DNA of 64,000 nt from an uncultured virus (IMG/VR IMGVR_UViG_3300036793_000098) (lineage: Duplodnaviria; Heunggongvirae; Uroviricota; Caudoviricetes), in the IMG/VR virus record IMGVR_UViG_3300036793_000098. One strand, written 5' to 3'. Positions 1-8,605 of the stretch are shown in pieces; within the stretch, counting starts at the first letter, position 1, and every line of letters begins with the position of its first letter. A model generated the notes under the pieces. The model was not told the DNA's origin, made no database searches, and saw only the letters and a list, made by a program, of their open reading frames with translations. A program made the position numbers and the translations under genes.

Positions 1-144
1 GGCCTGGGTCATGATCGTTTGAACTTTTCGATCAACGTCGCGTGTAAGGACGCTGGTCAGGGGCCTGCCGAGCTCGCCGGCGTGGAGCTCGAGCCTGCGC
101 CGGCGAAAGGATGGATGGTCGGGAGGGTGAGGGGGGCACTGAGC

Positions 145-230
145 GACCGGTCTTAAGAGACCGGTGACCGGTCATCAGTGACCGGTCTTAAGAGACCATG
201 AGATCAGTGATCAGTGACCGGTCATCAGTG
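145..230. repeat. Cluster of palindromic direct repeats near the probable genome end
   Basis: GACCGGTCTTAAGAGACC at 145-162 and 180-197; TGACCGGTCATCAGTG at 165-180 and 215-230; the cores are palindromic. Confidence 0.8.
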
Positions 231-289
231 CATGCATGTGTGTGCATGGGTGTTGTGCATAAGGATGGATAGATGGTAAGCTACTGTGC

Positions 290-760
290 ATGCAGATAAG
301 GGGAATAGCCAGCACCATCGCCATCAGTGCGGTAGGTGTAGCGATGTGCATGAGTGCGGGTCAGCACCACGGCGTGGTGAGCGCACAGCCAGTGCACGTG
401 GCATGCGTGAGTGGCTACCAGGGGCAGCCAGGGGAAGACCCCACCGTGGTGTGGTGTGGAGACCCCAGTCAGGTGCCGGCGTACACACCGGATACACCCT
501 CCACCTACCTGGGCGAGAACGACCCGATCGTGCCCCTGACCTGTGGCGTGAACCTGAACTGCAGTGACGTGGACCGGATGGCGGCAGCGCAAGCGAAACC
601 GAAGAGCTCGAGGACGGTACGCACCTCGCACAGCAGCACCGGTGCAACCAGTACCTCGGTCACCACCAAGTCGCCGGCCGGGTCGACCACCGTGCGCACC
701 AGCCGCAGCGCCAAGGGTGTCACCACCACCACGTCGACCAGCACCACGGTTAAGAAGTAG
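290..760 (+). CDS. Secreted/exported protein with Ser/Thr-rich tail
   Basis: N-terminal hydrophobic signal-like segment, T/S-rich C-terminus, leaderless promoter motif directly upstream, hairpin downstream. Confidence 0.6.
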   Translation: MQIRGIASTIAISAVGVAMCMSAGQHHGVVSAQPVHVACVSGYQGQPGEDPTVVWCGDPSQVPAYTPDTPSTYLGENDPIVPLTCGVNLNCSDVDRMAAAQAKPKSSRTVRTSHSSTGATSTSVTTKSPAGSTTVRTSRSAKGVTTTTSTSTTVKK

Positions 761-770
761 CACCGAGCTC

Positions 771-814
771 AGAGCCGCCTTGCCTGGTCCATGCAGGTGA
801 GGCGGCTCTTCTCT
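771..814 (+). terminator. Intrinsic terminator-like hairpin
   Basis: AGAGCCGCCT...AGGCGGCTCT inverted repeat followed by TCTCT. Confidence 0.55.
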
Positions 815-825
815 GTGCACAGCTA

Positions 826-863
826 TTGACAGTCACGCATCTGTGAGTAAGCTTCTGTGCATG
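826..863 (+). promoter_or_regulatory. SigA-type leaderless promoter
   Basis: TTGACA(826-831)-N16-TAAGCT(848-853)-N7-ATG(861). Confidence 0.7.
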
Positions 864-1073
864 ACCACCGCATACAACCCGCAGCCCACCTGGACGCTCG
901 AAGACCGCATCCGCACCCTGATCGCTGAGTTCGAATGGTTCAACACCGAGATCAGCAAAGAGTGCGTCGCCTTCAGTGATGGATGCGGTGAGCGCATCGG
1001 ACAGCTGCAGCTGCGCAAGGCATCGGTGGCCGCTCAGATCGTCGCCGCGACCGCCATCCTTCTCACGCGGTGA
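861..1073 (+). CDS. Small hypothetical protein
   Basis: ATG 7 nt after the -10 box; GTGA overlap with the RuvB-like gene. Confidence 0.6.
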   Translation: MTTAYNPQPTWTLEDRIRTLIAEFEWFNTEISKECVAFSDGCGERIGQLQLRKASVAAQIVAATAILLTR

Positions 1074-2302
1074 CCATCTACATCCAGGACGGCCTAGCCG
1101 GTGAGGACGTGCACATCGTCCTCGCCGGCAAAGTCGTCACTGTCCCTGGCTCCGGCAAGTACGCCGTCTACCCGAACCGTGTCCAGCCGCTCAGCGGCGC
1201 GAAGGAGAAAGCCACCGTGACCGATTTCAGCGAGTTCGCCGCGCGCATGGGCGTCAAGGTGCAGCCACCGAAGCCCGTGGTGGTGCGTGAGGCCTCGACG
1301 CCGGCGGCCAGGTCCAAGGCGACGCGCCCGACCGATATGGCCACGATGGTCGGTCAGGACCGGTTACGGGTGGAGCTCACGGTGCACATCAGCGCGTCCA
1401 AGACGCTGGGCAACCCGATCGGGCACATCCTGCTTCAGGGCCCGCCCGGACTGGGCAAGACGAGCATTGCGATGCTGGTGGCCGAGCAGTCCGGCGGCGA
1501 GCTCGTACTCGCCTCAGGTGATGCACTCAAGACGCCCGAGACGCTGGTGAACGAGCTCGGTGAGCTACAGGACGGTGACGTCTACTTCGTGGACGAGATC
1601 CACGGCCTGCCCGAGCGGGTGAAGCGCACGCTGCTCACCGCGATGGAGGACGGCCGCGTCGACGTTGCGGTCGGCACCGGTTCGCGTGCGGCGGTCGAAT
1701 CCAAGATGCTGCACGACTTCATCCTCGTGGGCGCGACCACCGAGCCGGGCCGACTGCCGCAGCCGCTGCTCGATCGGTTCGCGCTGCGCGGCACGCTGGA
1801 GTACTACACGGCCGAGCAGCTGACCGAGATCCTGCTCGCGGCGGCTGAGCGCAAGCACATCAAGATCGAAGAGGATGCCGCGACCGAACTGGCGCACCGC
1901 AGCCGTTGCACGCCCAGAATCGCTCTCAACCTGTTGAGCTCGGCCCACATGTTCGCTGTGGCTGCCGCGGACAGTGCCGATGTGCCGGTGACCATGATTG
2001 ACGTCAACAGGGCGCTCGAGATGAAGGACATTGACCACAACGGCCTGACCAAGTCCGACCGAGCTGTGCTCTGGACGCTGTGCAAGGTTCACAAAGGCGG
2101 CCCGGTCGGCATGGAGCGGTTGGCCATGGGTGCGGACATCGACAACCGCACGCTCGAGTCGATCGAGTCCTACCTGGTCCGCGCGAAGCTGCTCATCGGC
2201 TCACGTCAAGGCCGCGTAGCGACCAACTGGGGATTCGAGGCGGTTGGGCTCGAGGCTCCGGTGACGGCGCCGTGCGCTGAGGATCTGGAGATGGAGAGCT
2301 AG
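1070..2302 (+). CDS. ruvB: RuvB-like Holliday junction branch-migration AAA+ ATPase with ~85-aa N-terminal extension
   Basis: GPPGLGKT, YFVDEIH, GATT, DRF, LEYY, SRCTPRIA, GGPVG and ESYL motifs, collinear with RuvB. Confidence 0.9.
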   Translation: MTIYIQDGLAGEDVHIVLAGKVVTVPGSGKYAVYPNRVQPLSGAKEKATVTDFSEFAARMGVKVQPPKPVVVREASTPAARSKATRPTDMATMVGQDRLRVELTVHISASKTLGNPIGHILLQGPPGLGKTSIAMLVAEQSGGELVLASGDALKTPETLVNELGELQDGDVYFVDEIHGLPERVKRTLLTAMEDGRVDVAVGTGSRAAVESKMLHDFILVGATTEPGRLPQPLLDRFALRGTLEYYTAEQLTEILLAAAERKHIKIEEDAATELAHRSRCTPRIALNLLSSAHMFAVAAADSADVPVTMIDVNRALEMKDIDHNGLTKSDRAVLWTLCKVHKGGPVGMERLAMGADIDNRTLESIESYLVRAKLLIGSRQGRVATNWGFEAVGLEAPVTAPCAEDLEMES

Positions 2303-2652
2303 TCGAGTCGATCATTCTTATGGCTATTACATGATCGACATAAAACTCGAAGGTTGCTCGGCTCATGCATGAGCTCGGGTTGCACGGACCGAGGCACGAT
2401 GTGGTCGGCGGTCAGCTGATCCGCTCCGGTAGCGAACGGCGTCACCGGATGCGCCGGGCGATCCTTCCACCCTGGGCACACCCAGCCGTAGCGGGCGATC
2501 CAGTCGCCGATCAGCTGATGCGCCATCTTCTGGTGGATTCGCCCTAGCCCCTTGGACGTGGCCGACGCTCGGTAGCTGGGCGTTCCGCACTTGCCGCCGC
2601 AGCGTGAGCCGCGGGTGGGCTGTCCGCACGCGAGGCATGGTTTGAGCGCCAT
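2299..2652 (-). CDS. HNH endonuclease (terminase-associated, HK97 gp74-like by position)
   Basis: MALKPCLACG Zn motif, TADHIVP...NLRVLCRSCNSHK; near the genome end. Confidence 0.85.
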   Translation of the reverse strand: MALKPCLACGQPTRGSRCGGKCGTPSYRASATSKGLGRIHQKMAHQLIGDWIARYGWVCPGWKDRPAHPVTPFATGADQLTADHIVPRSVQPELMHEPSNLRVLCRSCNSHKNDRLD

Positions 2653-2717
2653 CCCAGCACCTCGCGTCGTAGCTGGTGGCCGGCGCAATCGCACCGCTTG
2701 AACAGGCGCATAGTTCC

Positions 2718-2756
2718 TTGACATCTCTACGCAGTGCGAGTAAGTTACTGGGCATG
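2718..2756 (+). promoter_or_regulatory. SigA-type leaderless promoter
   Basis: TTGACA(2718-2723)-N17-TAAGTT(2741-2746)-N7-ATG(2754). Confidence 0.75.
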
Positions 2757-3122
2757 ACAACGAGCCTGGCCTACAAGGTCCTCGGCACCACCGACGACGT
2801 CACCGAGTGCGAGCACTGCGGCCGGACCGAACTGAAGGGCACCATCCGTCTCGGCGCCCTGGACGCTGACGGCAACGTCGAAGACGTGACCTACTTCGGT
2901 GCGGTGTGCGGGGCACGCGCCGCCGGCTGGACCACCAAGGACATCCGCAAGGCCGCTACCGCCGCTGATCGGGCCGCCCAGGAGGCCGCTCGAGTCGAGC
3001 GTGAACGCCTCGACGGCATCGAGTACACCCGGGTCCGCGCACTGGACGGTACGGCCGATTGCTACATGGTGCCGAGCGTCTGTCGACGCACCCTCAAGGG
3101 CGCTTGCGTAGCGCACGCCTGA
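2754..3122 (+). CDS. Zn-binding hypothetical phage protein
   Basis: CEHCGRTELK...YFGAVC motif; leaderless start. Confidence 0.65.
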   Translation: MTTSLAYKVLGTTDDVTECEHCGRTELKGTIRLGALDADGNVEDVTYFGAVCGARAAGWTTKDIRKAATAADRAAQEAARVERERLDGIEYTRVRALDGTADCYMVPSVCRRTLKGACVAHA

Positions 3123-3149
3123 TCCGACCCATCAACCCGAGGAGCAACC

Positions 3150-3935
3150 ATGTTCGCAAAAGCCACCTGGACCGGCACCATCAGCTTCGGCCTGGTCTCA
3201 GTGCCGGTCAAGCTGTACGGCGCCACCGAAGAGCACGGCCTCGAGATGCACGAAGCGCACCCGGCCGACGGGGGTCGGGTGGGCTATCGGCGCTACTGCA
3301 AGGACTGTGGCAAGGATCTGGACTTCAGCGACATCGGCCGCTCACACGTGGACACCGACGGGCACGCGCACGTGTTCACCAAGTCCGAGCTCGACGGCCT
3401 GACCGACGCGAAGGATCACGCGATCCACCTGGACTCGTTCTGCGATCCGGACCAGATCGACCCGCTATACCTGGGCAAGACCTACTACGTGCGCCCGGAC
3501 TTCCTGATCAAGAAGCGGGGCGACGCACCGCGCGCGAACAAGCCGTTCGCCCTGTTCGCCGAGGCGCTCACCATCTCGGGCAAGGCCGCGATCGGGACTG
3601 TGGTCATGCGGTCGCGCGAGTCGCTCGTGGCCATCACCATGCGCGAGGACGTGATGATCCTGCGCGTGGTCATGTGGGCCGACGAGCTGCGCGCACCGAC
3701 CTTCCAGGAGCCGGACGCGCCGGCGGTCGAGATCTCGCACGAGGAGACCACGATGGCACTCGAGCTGATCGGCGCACTGTCCACCAAGTTCGACATCAAC
3801 TCACACGTGGACCGCCGCGAGCTCGCCCTGTCCGACCTGATCGCGTCCCGCCGCCAGCCCGTGCAGACGAACGAGAGCAACGTCGTGGACCTGTTGGCCC
3901 GGTTGCCGAAACCGGCCGCCGCGCATGCCGTGTGA
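3150..3935 (+). CDS. ku: Ku-like DNA end-binding protein
   Basis: WTGTISFGLVSVPVKLY, IDPLYLGKTYY and DELR motifs of prokaryotic Ku; RBS GAGGAG. Confidence 0.92.
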   Translation: MFAKATWTGTISFGLVSVPVKLYGATEEHGLEMHEAHPADGGRVGYRRYCKDCGKDLDFSDIGRSHVDTDGHAHVFTKSELDGLTDAKDHAIHLDSFCDPDQIDPLYLGKTYYVRPDFLIKKRGDAPRANKPFALFAEALTISGKAAIGTVVMRSRESLVAITMREDVMILRVVMWADELRAPTFQEPDAPAVEISHEETTMALELIGALSTKFDINSHVDRRELALSDLIASRRQPVQTNESNVVDLLARLPKPAAAHAV

Positions 3936-4005
3936 TGCCCAATAACTGGACGTGCCCACCCCGGGAGGTGTAAACACTGTGCGTAGCGAACTACGGACGG
4001 GGTGT

Positions 4006-4278
4006 GTGGTGGCACGAGCATCAGCAGTCAAGCTGGCCGAGCAGATCGAACGACTCCAGGCCCAGTACGACGAGGCGGTAACACACCAGCACGATGATCT
4101 GCTCGGCGCTATCGCCACGGTCGCCGGCGTGCTGCGCCACGCCACCGAGCTAAAGATCAAGCTGGTGCGTGAAGCCCTCGCGCAACACCAGGCCGGCAAC
4201 GGACCGGAGCGCCAACAGATCGCCGCGGCGGCGGAGATGTCCCGTAACGCGCTGTACTACCCGCCGTACAAGGACTAG
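4006..4278 (+). CDS. Small HTH-containing protein
   Basis: Coiled N-terminus and RQQIAAAAEMSRNALY HTH-like C-terminus; start uncertain. Confidence 0.5.
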   Translation: MVARASAVKLAEQIERLQAQYDEAVTHQHDDLLGAIATVAGVLRHATELKIKLVREALAQHQAGNGPERQQIAAAAEMSRNALYYPPYKD

Positions 4279-4565
4279 CTCGCCTGAACCGCCATCGCCA
4301 TCAGATACACCCGACGCTCGAGCAGGAGATCCCGGTCGGCGGTCAGCGTCTCGACCAGGTCCGGGAACTTACCCGCCTCGATCCACGTGCGCATGCGACC
4401 GGTGAGGGCGGAGATGTGCCGGTCCACGTGCTCGATAGTGGGGCACAGATATCGGGCGTTCTGTACGCCCACGTCGTAGTCGGCGCCTACCTGGTCGTCT
4501 GGCGTGGTTAGGCGACTCACGAACACCTCCGACTGCAGCCGTTGAAGGTCAACGTCTAGTCCCAC
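4275..4565 (-). CDS. Hypothetical protein
   Basis: ORF divergent from hicA, sharing a CTAG stop overlap with the convergent gene. Confidence 0.5.
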   Translation of the reverse strand: MGLDVDLQRLQSEVFVSRLTTPDDQVGADYDVGVQNARYLCPTIEHVDRHISALTGRMRTWIEAGKFPDLVETLTADRDLLLERRVYLMAMAVQAS

Positions 4566-4600
4566 TTGATTGACCAGTCTATCCGGGGTAGACTAACCTC
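4566..4600 (+). promoter_or_regulatory. hicAB promoter with overlapping palindromic operator
   Basis: TTGATT-N17-TAGACT-N6-GTG; inverted repeat AGTCTA(4576-4581)/TAGACT(4589-4594). Confidence 0.7.
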
Positions 4601-4810
4601 GTGGCCAAGGCGATGAAGCGACGAGACGTCGAGCAGGCACTCAAGAACCACAACTGCTCGATCAAGTCGACACGGGGGATCCACGACAAATGGGTCTGCT
4701 CGGACGGTCGACACTCGGCGAACATCCCCCGGCACACCATCGTCTCGCCGGGCGTGGTGCGCGACATCATCCACCGGCTCGAATGCCTAGAAACGGGGTG
4801 GCTGCAGTGA
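4601..4810 (+). CDS. hicA: HicA family toxin
   Basis: 69 aa, MKRRDVEQAL...RGIHDKW...IPRH..SPGVVRDI. Confidence 0.85.
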   Translation: MAKAMKRRDVEQALKNHNCSIKSTRGIHDKWVCSDGRHSANIPRHTIVSPGVVRDIIHRLECLETGWLQ

Positions 4811-5181
4811 CCACATTCAAGGTGACCGCGAAGCGTTGGGCGTTCGGCTGGGAGCTCCACGTCGAGGGCGTCGGTGTCACCCAGTCCCGCACACTGCTCT
4901 CAGCGGAAGACATGGCCCGCGAGTACATCGCCCTTGATCTCGACATCGACGACGAAGACAGCTTCGACGTCGAGATCACACCCGAGCTAGACGGAAGCCT
5001 CATCGCTGAAGCTGAAGCGGCACGGTTGGCGGTGCGTGAGGCTGAGCAGCGGCAACGCGAAGCCGCTGCGCTGTCCCGCCTCGCGTCCCGGCATCTCAAA
5101 GAGTCAGGATTGAAGGGCGAAGACATCGCCGCGATCCTGCACGTGTCCAAGCAACGCGTATCTCAGCTGCTCAACAGCTAG
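4807..5181 (+). CDS. hicB: HicB family antitoxin with C-terminal HTH
   Basis: WELHVEGVGVTQSRTL..AEDMAREYIAL, DIAAILHVSKQRVSQL; GTGA overlap with hicA. Confidence 0.85.
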   Translation: MTTFKVTAKRWAFGWELHVEGVGVTQSRTLLSAEDMAREYIALDLDIDDEDSFDVEITPELDGSLIAEAEAARLAVREAEQRQREAAALSRLASRHLKESGLKGEDIAAILHVSKQRVSQLLNS

Positions 5182-5864
5182 TTACCGCTCGTCGCGACGT
5201 GACACCCGGACGCATCCGCGATCGGGCCAACGTGTCCGACCGGCTTGCCGGCTGGCGGATTCAAGATCACCGAAGTGGTCCTGGTGACCTTGTCCATGCA
5301 GGCGGAGGCCGAACTCAGCCCGCGACCATCTATCCAGATGTCGAATCGGCGCAAGGTCTCTGGCGACGCGCCGCTGTCCTCTACGACGAAGTACGCGGCA
5401 AGCGCAGGTATGTAGAGGCGCGTACCGGCTGGTGTCTGCATCCCGCTGCCGCCGGACCCGGGAACCGCGACAGTAATCGGGTCAGCGAAGGTGCCGGTGC
5501 CACCGGCGGTCTTGTGGAGCACACCGCAACAGATCGTGGCGTTGTCGCCACCCTGATTATCGTGATCATCGTAGGCGGTCAGCTGCGCCTGGATGCTCTG
5601 CTGAGTCCCCGTCTTCACCGTGCCCCCGAGCGAGCTCTGTACGCCCGCCTGCGGCGTTGTCACGTCCGGCGCGGTGTCCGTGGTGCCGTCGCTCGAGTTC
5701 GAGTCGTCAGAGCTATCTGAGTCGCCCTGGTCATCACCACGCTCAGCCGACCAGCTCGCCATGGTGTGGTGTCGAGAGTTGTGGTGGTGCCGGGGCGACG
5801 CGAGAGCCGGCGCGGCGGTCACGAGCGTGGCGACCAGGGCGCACAGCAGGGCACGACGGAACAT
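5178..5864 (-). CDS. Secreted protein with 3D/DPBB-like (lytic-transglycosylase-like) domain
   Basis: Signal peptide; TAY..DN, GGTGTFADPITVA, GTRLYIP..YFVVEDSG and FDIWI motifs. Confidence 0.55.
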   Translation of the reverse strand: MFRRALLCALVATLVTAAPALASPRHHHNSRHHTMASWSAERGDDQGDSDSSDDSNSSDGTTDTAPDVTTPQAGVQSSLGGTVKTGTQQSIQAQLTAYDDHDNQGGDNATICCGVLHKTAGGTGTFADPITVAVPGSGGSGMQTPAGTRLYIPALAAYFVVEDSGASPETLRRFDIWIDGRGLSSASACMDKVTRTTSVILNPPAGKPVGHVGPIADASGCHVATSGN

Positions 5865-5884
5865 GGAGGCTCCGCTCGGTGGGC

Positions 5885-5919
5885 AAGAAAAAGCCCCGCC
5901 GATCCGCGACCGACGGGGC
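5885..5919 (-). terminator. Intrinsic terminator
   Basis: GCCCCG...CGGGGC stem followed by TTTTTCTT on the minus strand. Confidence 0.75.
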
Positions 5920-5995
5920 GACGCCAGGAGCGATTGGCTCAGCTACAACTGGCGTGTGTATCAGAATGATGCGTTGAGATCTTGCGAAAAGCAAG

Positions 5996-6802
5996 TCAAC
6001 AGGCTAAGGGCCGTTTCCGGGCCTGCCGCTCGGCTTCCTCGTTGCAGATGTCGATCACGTCTTTGACGCTGTACAGCGGGTCGTTCGGCCTGTTCTGCAG
6101 CGGAGGATGCTTGACGATGCGCCCCTGGTGTGCCCACGCACGGATCATGCTCGCGGTCAGGGGGCGTTGCAGCAACTCCGGCAACGCTCTAGACAGCTCC
6201 GCCGCCGTCCGAAGCTGGTCTTCGGCTTTTCCCAGCAACCACCGCCGCCGCGCCTCGATGGGGTAGATCGCGCCGCAGTCCGGGGTGCGGCACTCGACCT
6301 CGGCTGCCCGTGGGTGTGCGTACAGATCCTTGTCGCAGTCTTCGCACGGTCCGACGTACACGCGGGGTGCGGGTTTGTCGATCGCGCGCATCGCCATGCC
6401 TTTGGCATACCCGATCTCGTCCGCGATCTGCCCGGCGGCCGGGTCGGTAAGAATCGTGCCCAGGTGATCGAGCAGGTAGTTCGCCAGGCGCGGTTCGTTC
6501 CACCCGGACCCGGTCAGCCCGTCGAGGCGACCGGCGATGTGCATAGCCCACCCGGCCAATGTTGCGTTCAGGTCACGGCGCGCCTCCATCGCGTTGATGC
6601 GTATCGGGAGCGGTCGTTCGTCACCGGAGCGCCCGGTCGGGTCGGACAGTTTGTCCTGCCGCGTGATGGTGATTTCCAGGTCGTCGAGCAGCCACGGCAT
6701 CGCGGCCAGGTCGCCGCGCAAGGTGTCGACGCAGTTTCGGCAGAGGAACCCGTTGTGAGCTGGGAACTCACAGTTCGGACAAGCGCAGAGCGTACCGGTC
6801 AC
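5996..6802 (-). CDS. Zn-finger/HTH transcriptional regulator (putative late-gene activator or antiterminator)
   Basis: Several CxxC pairs, C-terminal TASMIRAWAHQGRI...LYSVKDV HTH; last gene of the early operon; RBS GGAAGG. Confidence 0.6.
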   Translation of the reverse strand: MTGTLCACPNCEFPAHNGFLCRNCVDTLRGDLAAMPWLLDDLEITITRQDKLSDPTGRSGDERPLPIRINAMEARRDLNATLAGWAMHIAGRLDGLTGSGWNEPRLANYLLDHLGTILTDPAAGQIADEIGYAKGMAMRAIDKPAPRVYVGPCEDCDKDLYAHPRAAEVECRTPDCGAIYPIEARRRWLLGKAEDQLRTAAELSRALPELLQRPLTASMIRAWAHQGRIVKHPPLQNRPNDPLYSVKDVIDICNEEAERQARKRPLAC

Positions 6803-7229
6803 GGGTAGGCCAACCTTCCGGTTTAGACTTCGCGGCGGTCGCTCCCCTTGACGTTGGGCGGCTGTTCGGATGCGGGTGTGTTGGCAAGGTTCCGGTTCAA
6901 CTTCCTCGGGTTGAACCGGAACGCCCACTGAGAGCTATTCCTCGGACCACCGGCGCGACGCGTGCCGGTCCCGCTCAAACAGCCACGCACGCATTGCCGA
7001 GTTGTCTGAGTTGCGCACCAGGTAGTAGCCGAGCGGCGCGAGCAGTCGCCACCAGCGATATCGGGCGTATCGGATGGCTTTCACGGGCTCTCCTCGCTCA
7101 ACGGAAATCTCGGGAACGGGTGCGGCGGAATGGCTGCTGACCAGCGCATAGCTCGCAGTGGCATTTCCCAGACGGGTTGCTTGCACCAGCACTTGTCGAC
7201 GTCGCAGGTGTCGGTGTCGGTGGGCGCGC

Positions 7230-7784
7230 TCACCACGCAACCCCATGCCCGCGCAACAGGTCCCGCGCGTTCCGCAGCTGCTCGCACGCGACACAGGTCC
7301 GCCGCCCGTTGGCGTGCACGTGCACGTTGTCCCCGATCTTGTGGTGAATCCGCCGCGCGCACCGGGGTATCGGCACCCCGCTACGGCTGACCGGGGCCGC
7401 TTCGACGGTCGGTTCGGCGGCGAGCAGCGCACGGGCGCGGGCGATCGCATCGGCGGTGCGCTTCTCGTTCGCCCACGTCGGTGGTCCCTGGCGGTGCAGC
7501 GGTAGGTCAGGACGGCGCAAAACGGGGGCTGAGCGCAACGCTGGCGGCTCAGCGGGGGTCGGTGGGGGTTCCGGGACCAGCCGCAGGTGCACGGACGGCT
7601 GACGGCGCGCTGAGAGCAACGCCTCGGCGGTGTCGGTCAAGCCCAGGACGTCGAGCATGTCCCACATCGCGGGGCCGCCGGTGAAGCGGCGCATCACGGC
7701 CAGGGCGGCGACGTGCTGCTCCTCGGGCATCAGCTTGCACCGGTGCGTTTCGGTGGGGCCACCGTGGAACGGGTCGACGGTCAT
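7230..7784 (-). CDS. Hypothetical protein with C-terminal Zn-binding domain like those appended to HNH nucleases
   Basis: CARRIH...NGRRTCVAC. Confidence 0.5.
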   Translation of the reverse strand: MTVDPFHGGPTETHRCKLMPEEQHVAALAVMRRFTGGPAMWDMLDVLGLTDTAEALLSARRQPSVHLRLVPEPPPTPAEPPALRSAPVLRRPDLPLHRQGPPTWANEKRTADAIARARALLAAEPTVEAAPVSRSGVPIPRCARRIHHKIGDNVHVHANGRRTCVACEQLRNARDLLRGHGVAW

Positions 7785-7844
7785 GCGGATCCTCCCCGGC
7801 GTTCGACCGTCGCCTCACTTTGCGGACCCCCGCAAAGTTGCTGG

Positions 7845-8057
7845 TCAGCCGGAGTAATGCTCATCGTCGTACTCCTTCCATGCCTTGCGGACGTCTCGGA
7901 CCACCAGTACGACGGCAACAACCGTGAGACCAGTGGCGGCAGCGCAGGCGTGGCTCAGACCGAACAGGGCCTCGAATCCGAGGGCGGCCCAGAAGCCGAT
8001 CACCTCGCCAACGAAGATCAAGTTCTTCAGGAAAGCCTTCGCGCGGACGTCCTTCAT
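7845..8057 (-). CDS. Small membrane protein
   Basis: Two hydrophobic helices; ATGA overlap with the RuvC-like gene. Confidence 0.55.
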   Translation of the reverse strand: MKDVRAKAFLKNLIFVGEVIGFWAALGFEALFGLSHACAAATGLTVVAVVLVVRDVRKAWKEYDDEHYSG

Positions 8058-8605
8058 GCGACCTCCAGTGTTGGTGACGAAATCGGCCACTCGGCCTTGC
8101 AGGTCTTGTGCCGCTCGAGCGTCGGCACGTCCATGCCCAGCCACACCGCGCCCAGGTGCGCCAGCCCCGCGGCGTCGGACACATCGGAACTGGTCACGTC
8201 GGTGTCAGGCCACAAACGGACCATGGCGGCAGCCACGGCGGCTTTGTCGCAGTTGCCCTTGCCCGTGATGGCGAGCTTCAGCGAAGTGGGCACGATCGCC
8301 GCCACCGGAACCTCGCGGCGGATCAGGCCACCCACCACGAACCACCAGAGCGCGTGCCGATCCACCGGACTGCCCCCCAAGCGCGAGAATGCCGGTACCT
8401 CGATCACGGCCAGGTCGCATACGCCGGCGTGATGCAGGATCGCGTTGCCAAGCTCGGTCAGCCTGGCGTGCCGGTCGACCAAGCTCGCGGCACGCTTGCC
8501 CTTGCTGGTCACGGTGTCCGTGATCATCTTCGTGCCACGCGACGTCTCGATGCACAGCGCGATGCCAGTGCAGGTCAAGCTCAGGTCGATGCCCGCGACC
8601 TTCAC
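8054..8605 (-). CDS. ruvC: RuvC-like Holliday junction resolvase
   Basis: GIDLSLTCTG, AVIE, PTSLKLAITGKGNCDK, DVSDA. Confidence 0.85.
   Translation of the reverse strand: MKVAGIDLSLTCTGIALCIETSRGTKMITDTVTSKGKRAASLVDRHARLTELGNAILHHAGVCDLAVIEVPAFSRLGGSPVDRHALWWFVVGGLIRREVPVAAIVPTSLKLAITGKGNCDKAAVAAAMVRLWPDTDVTSSDVSDAAGLAHLGAVWLGMDVPTLERHKTCKAEWPISSPTLEVA

Noticed and set aside
145..230. Mini-CRISPR
   Set aside because: Only two copies of each motif, and the intervening sequence is itself repetitive
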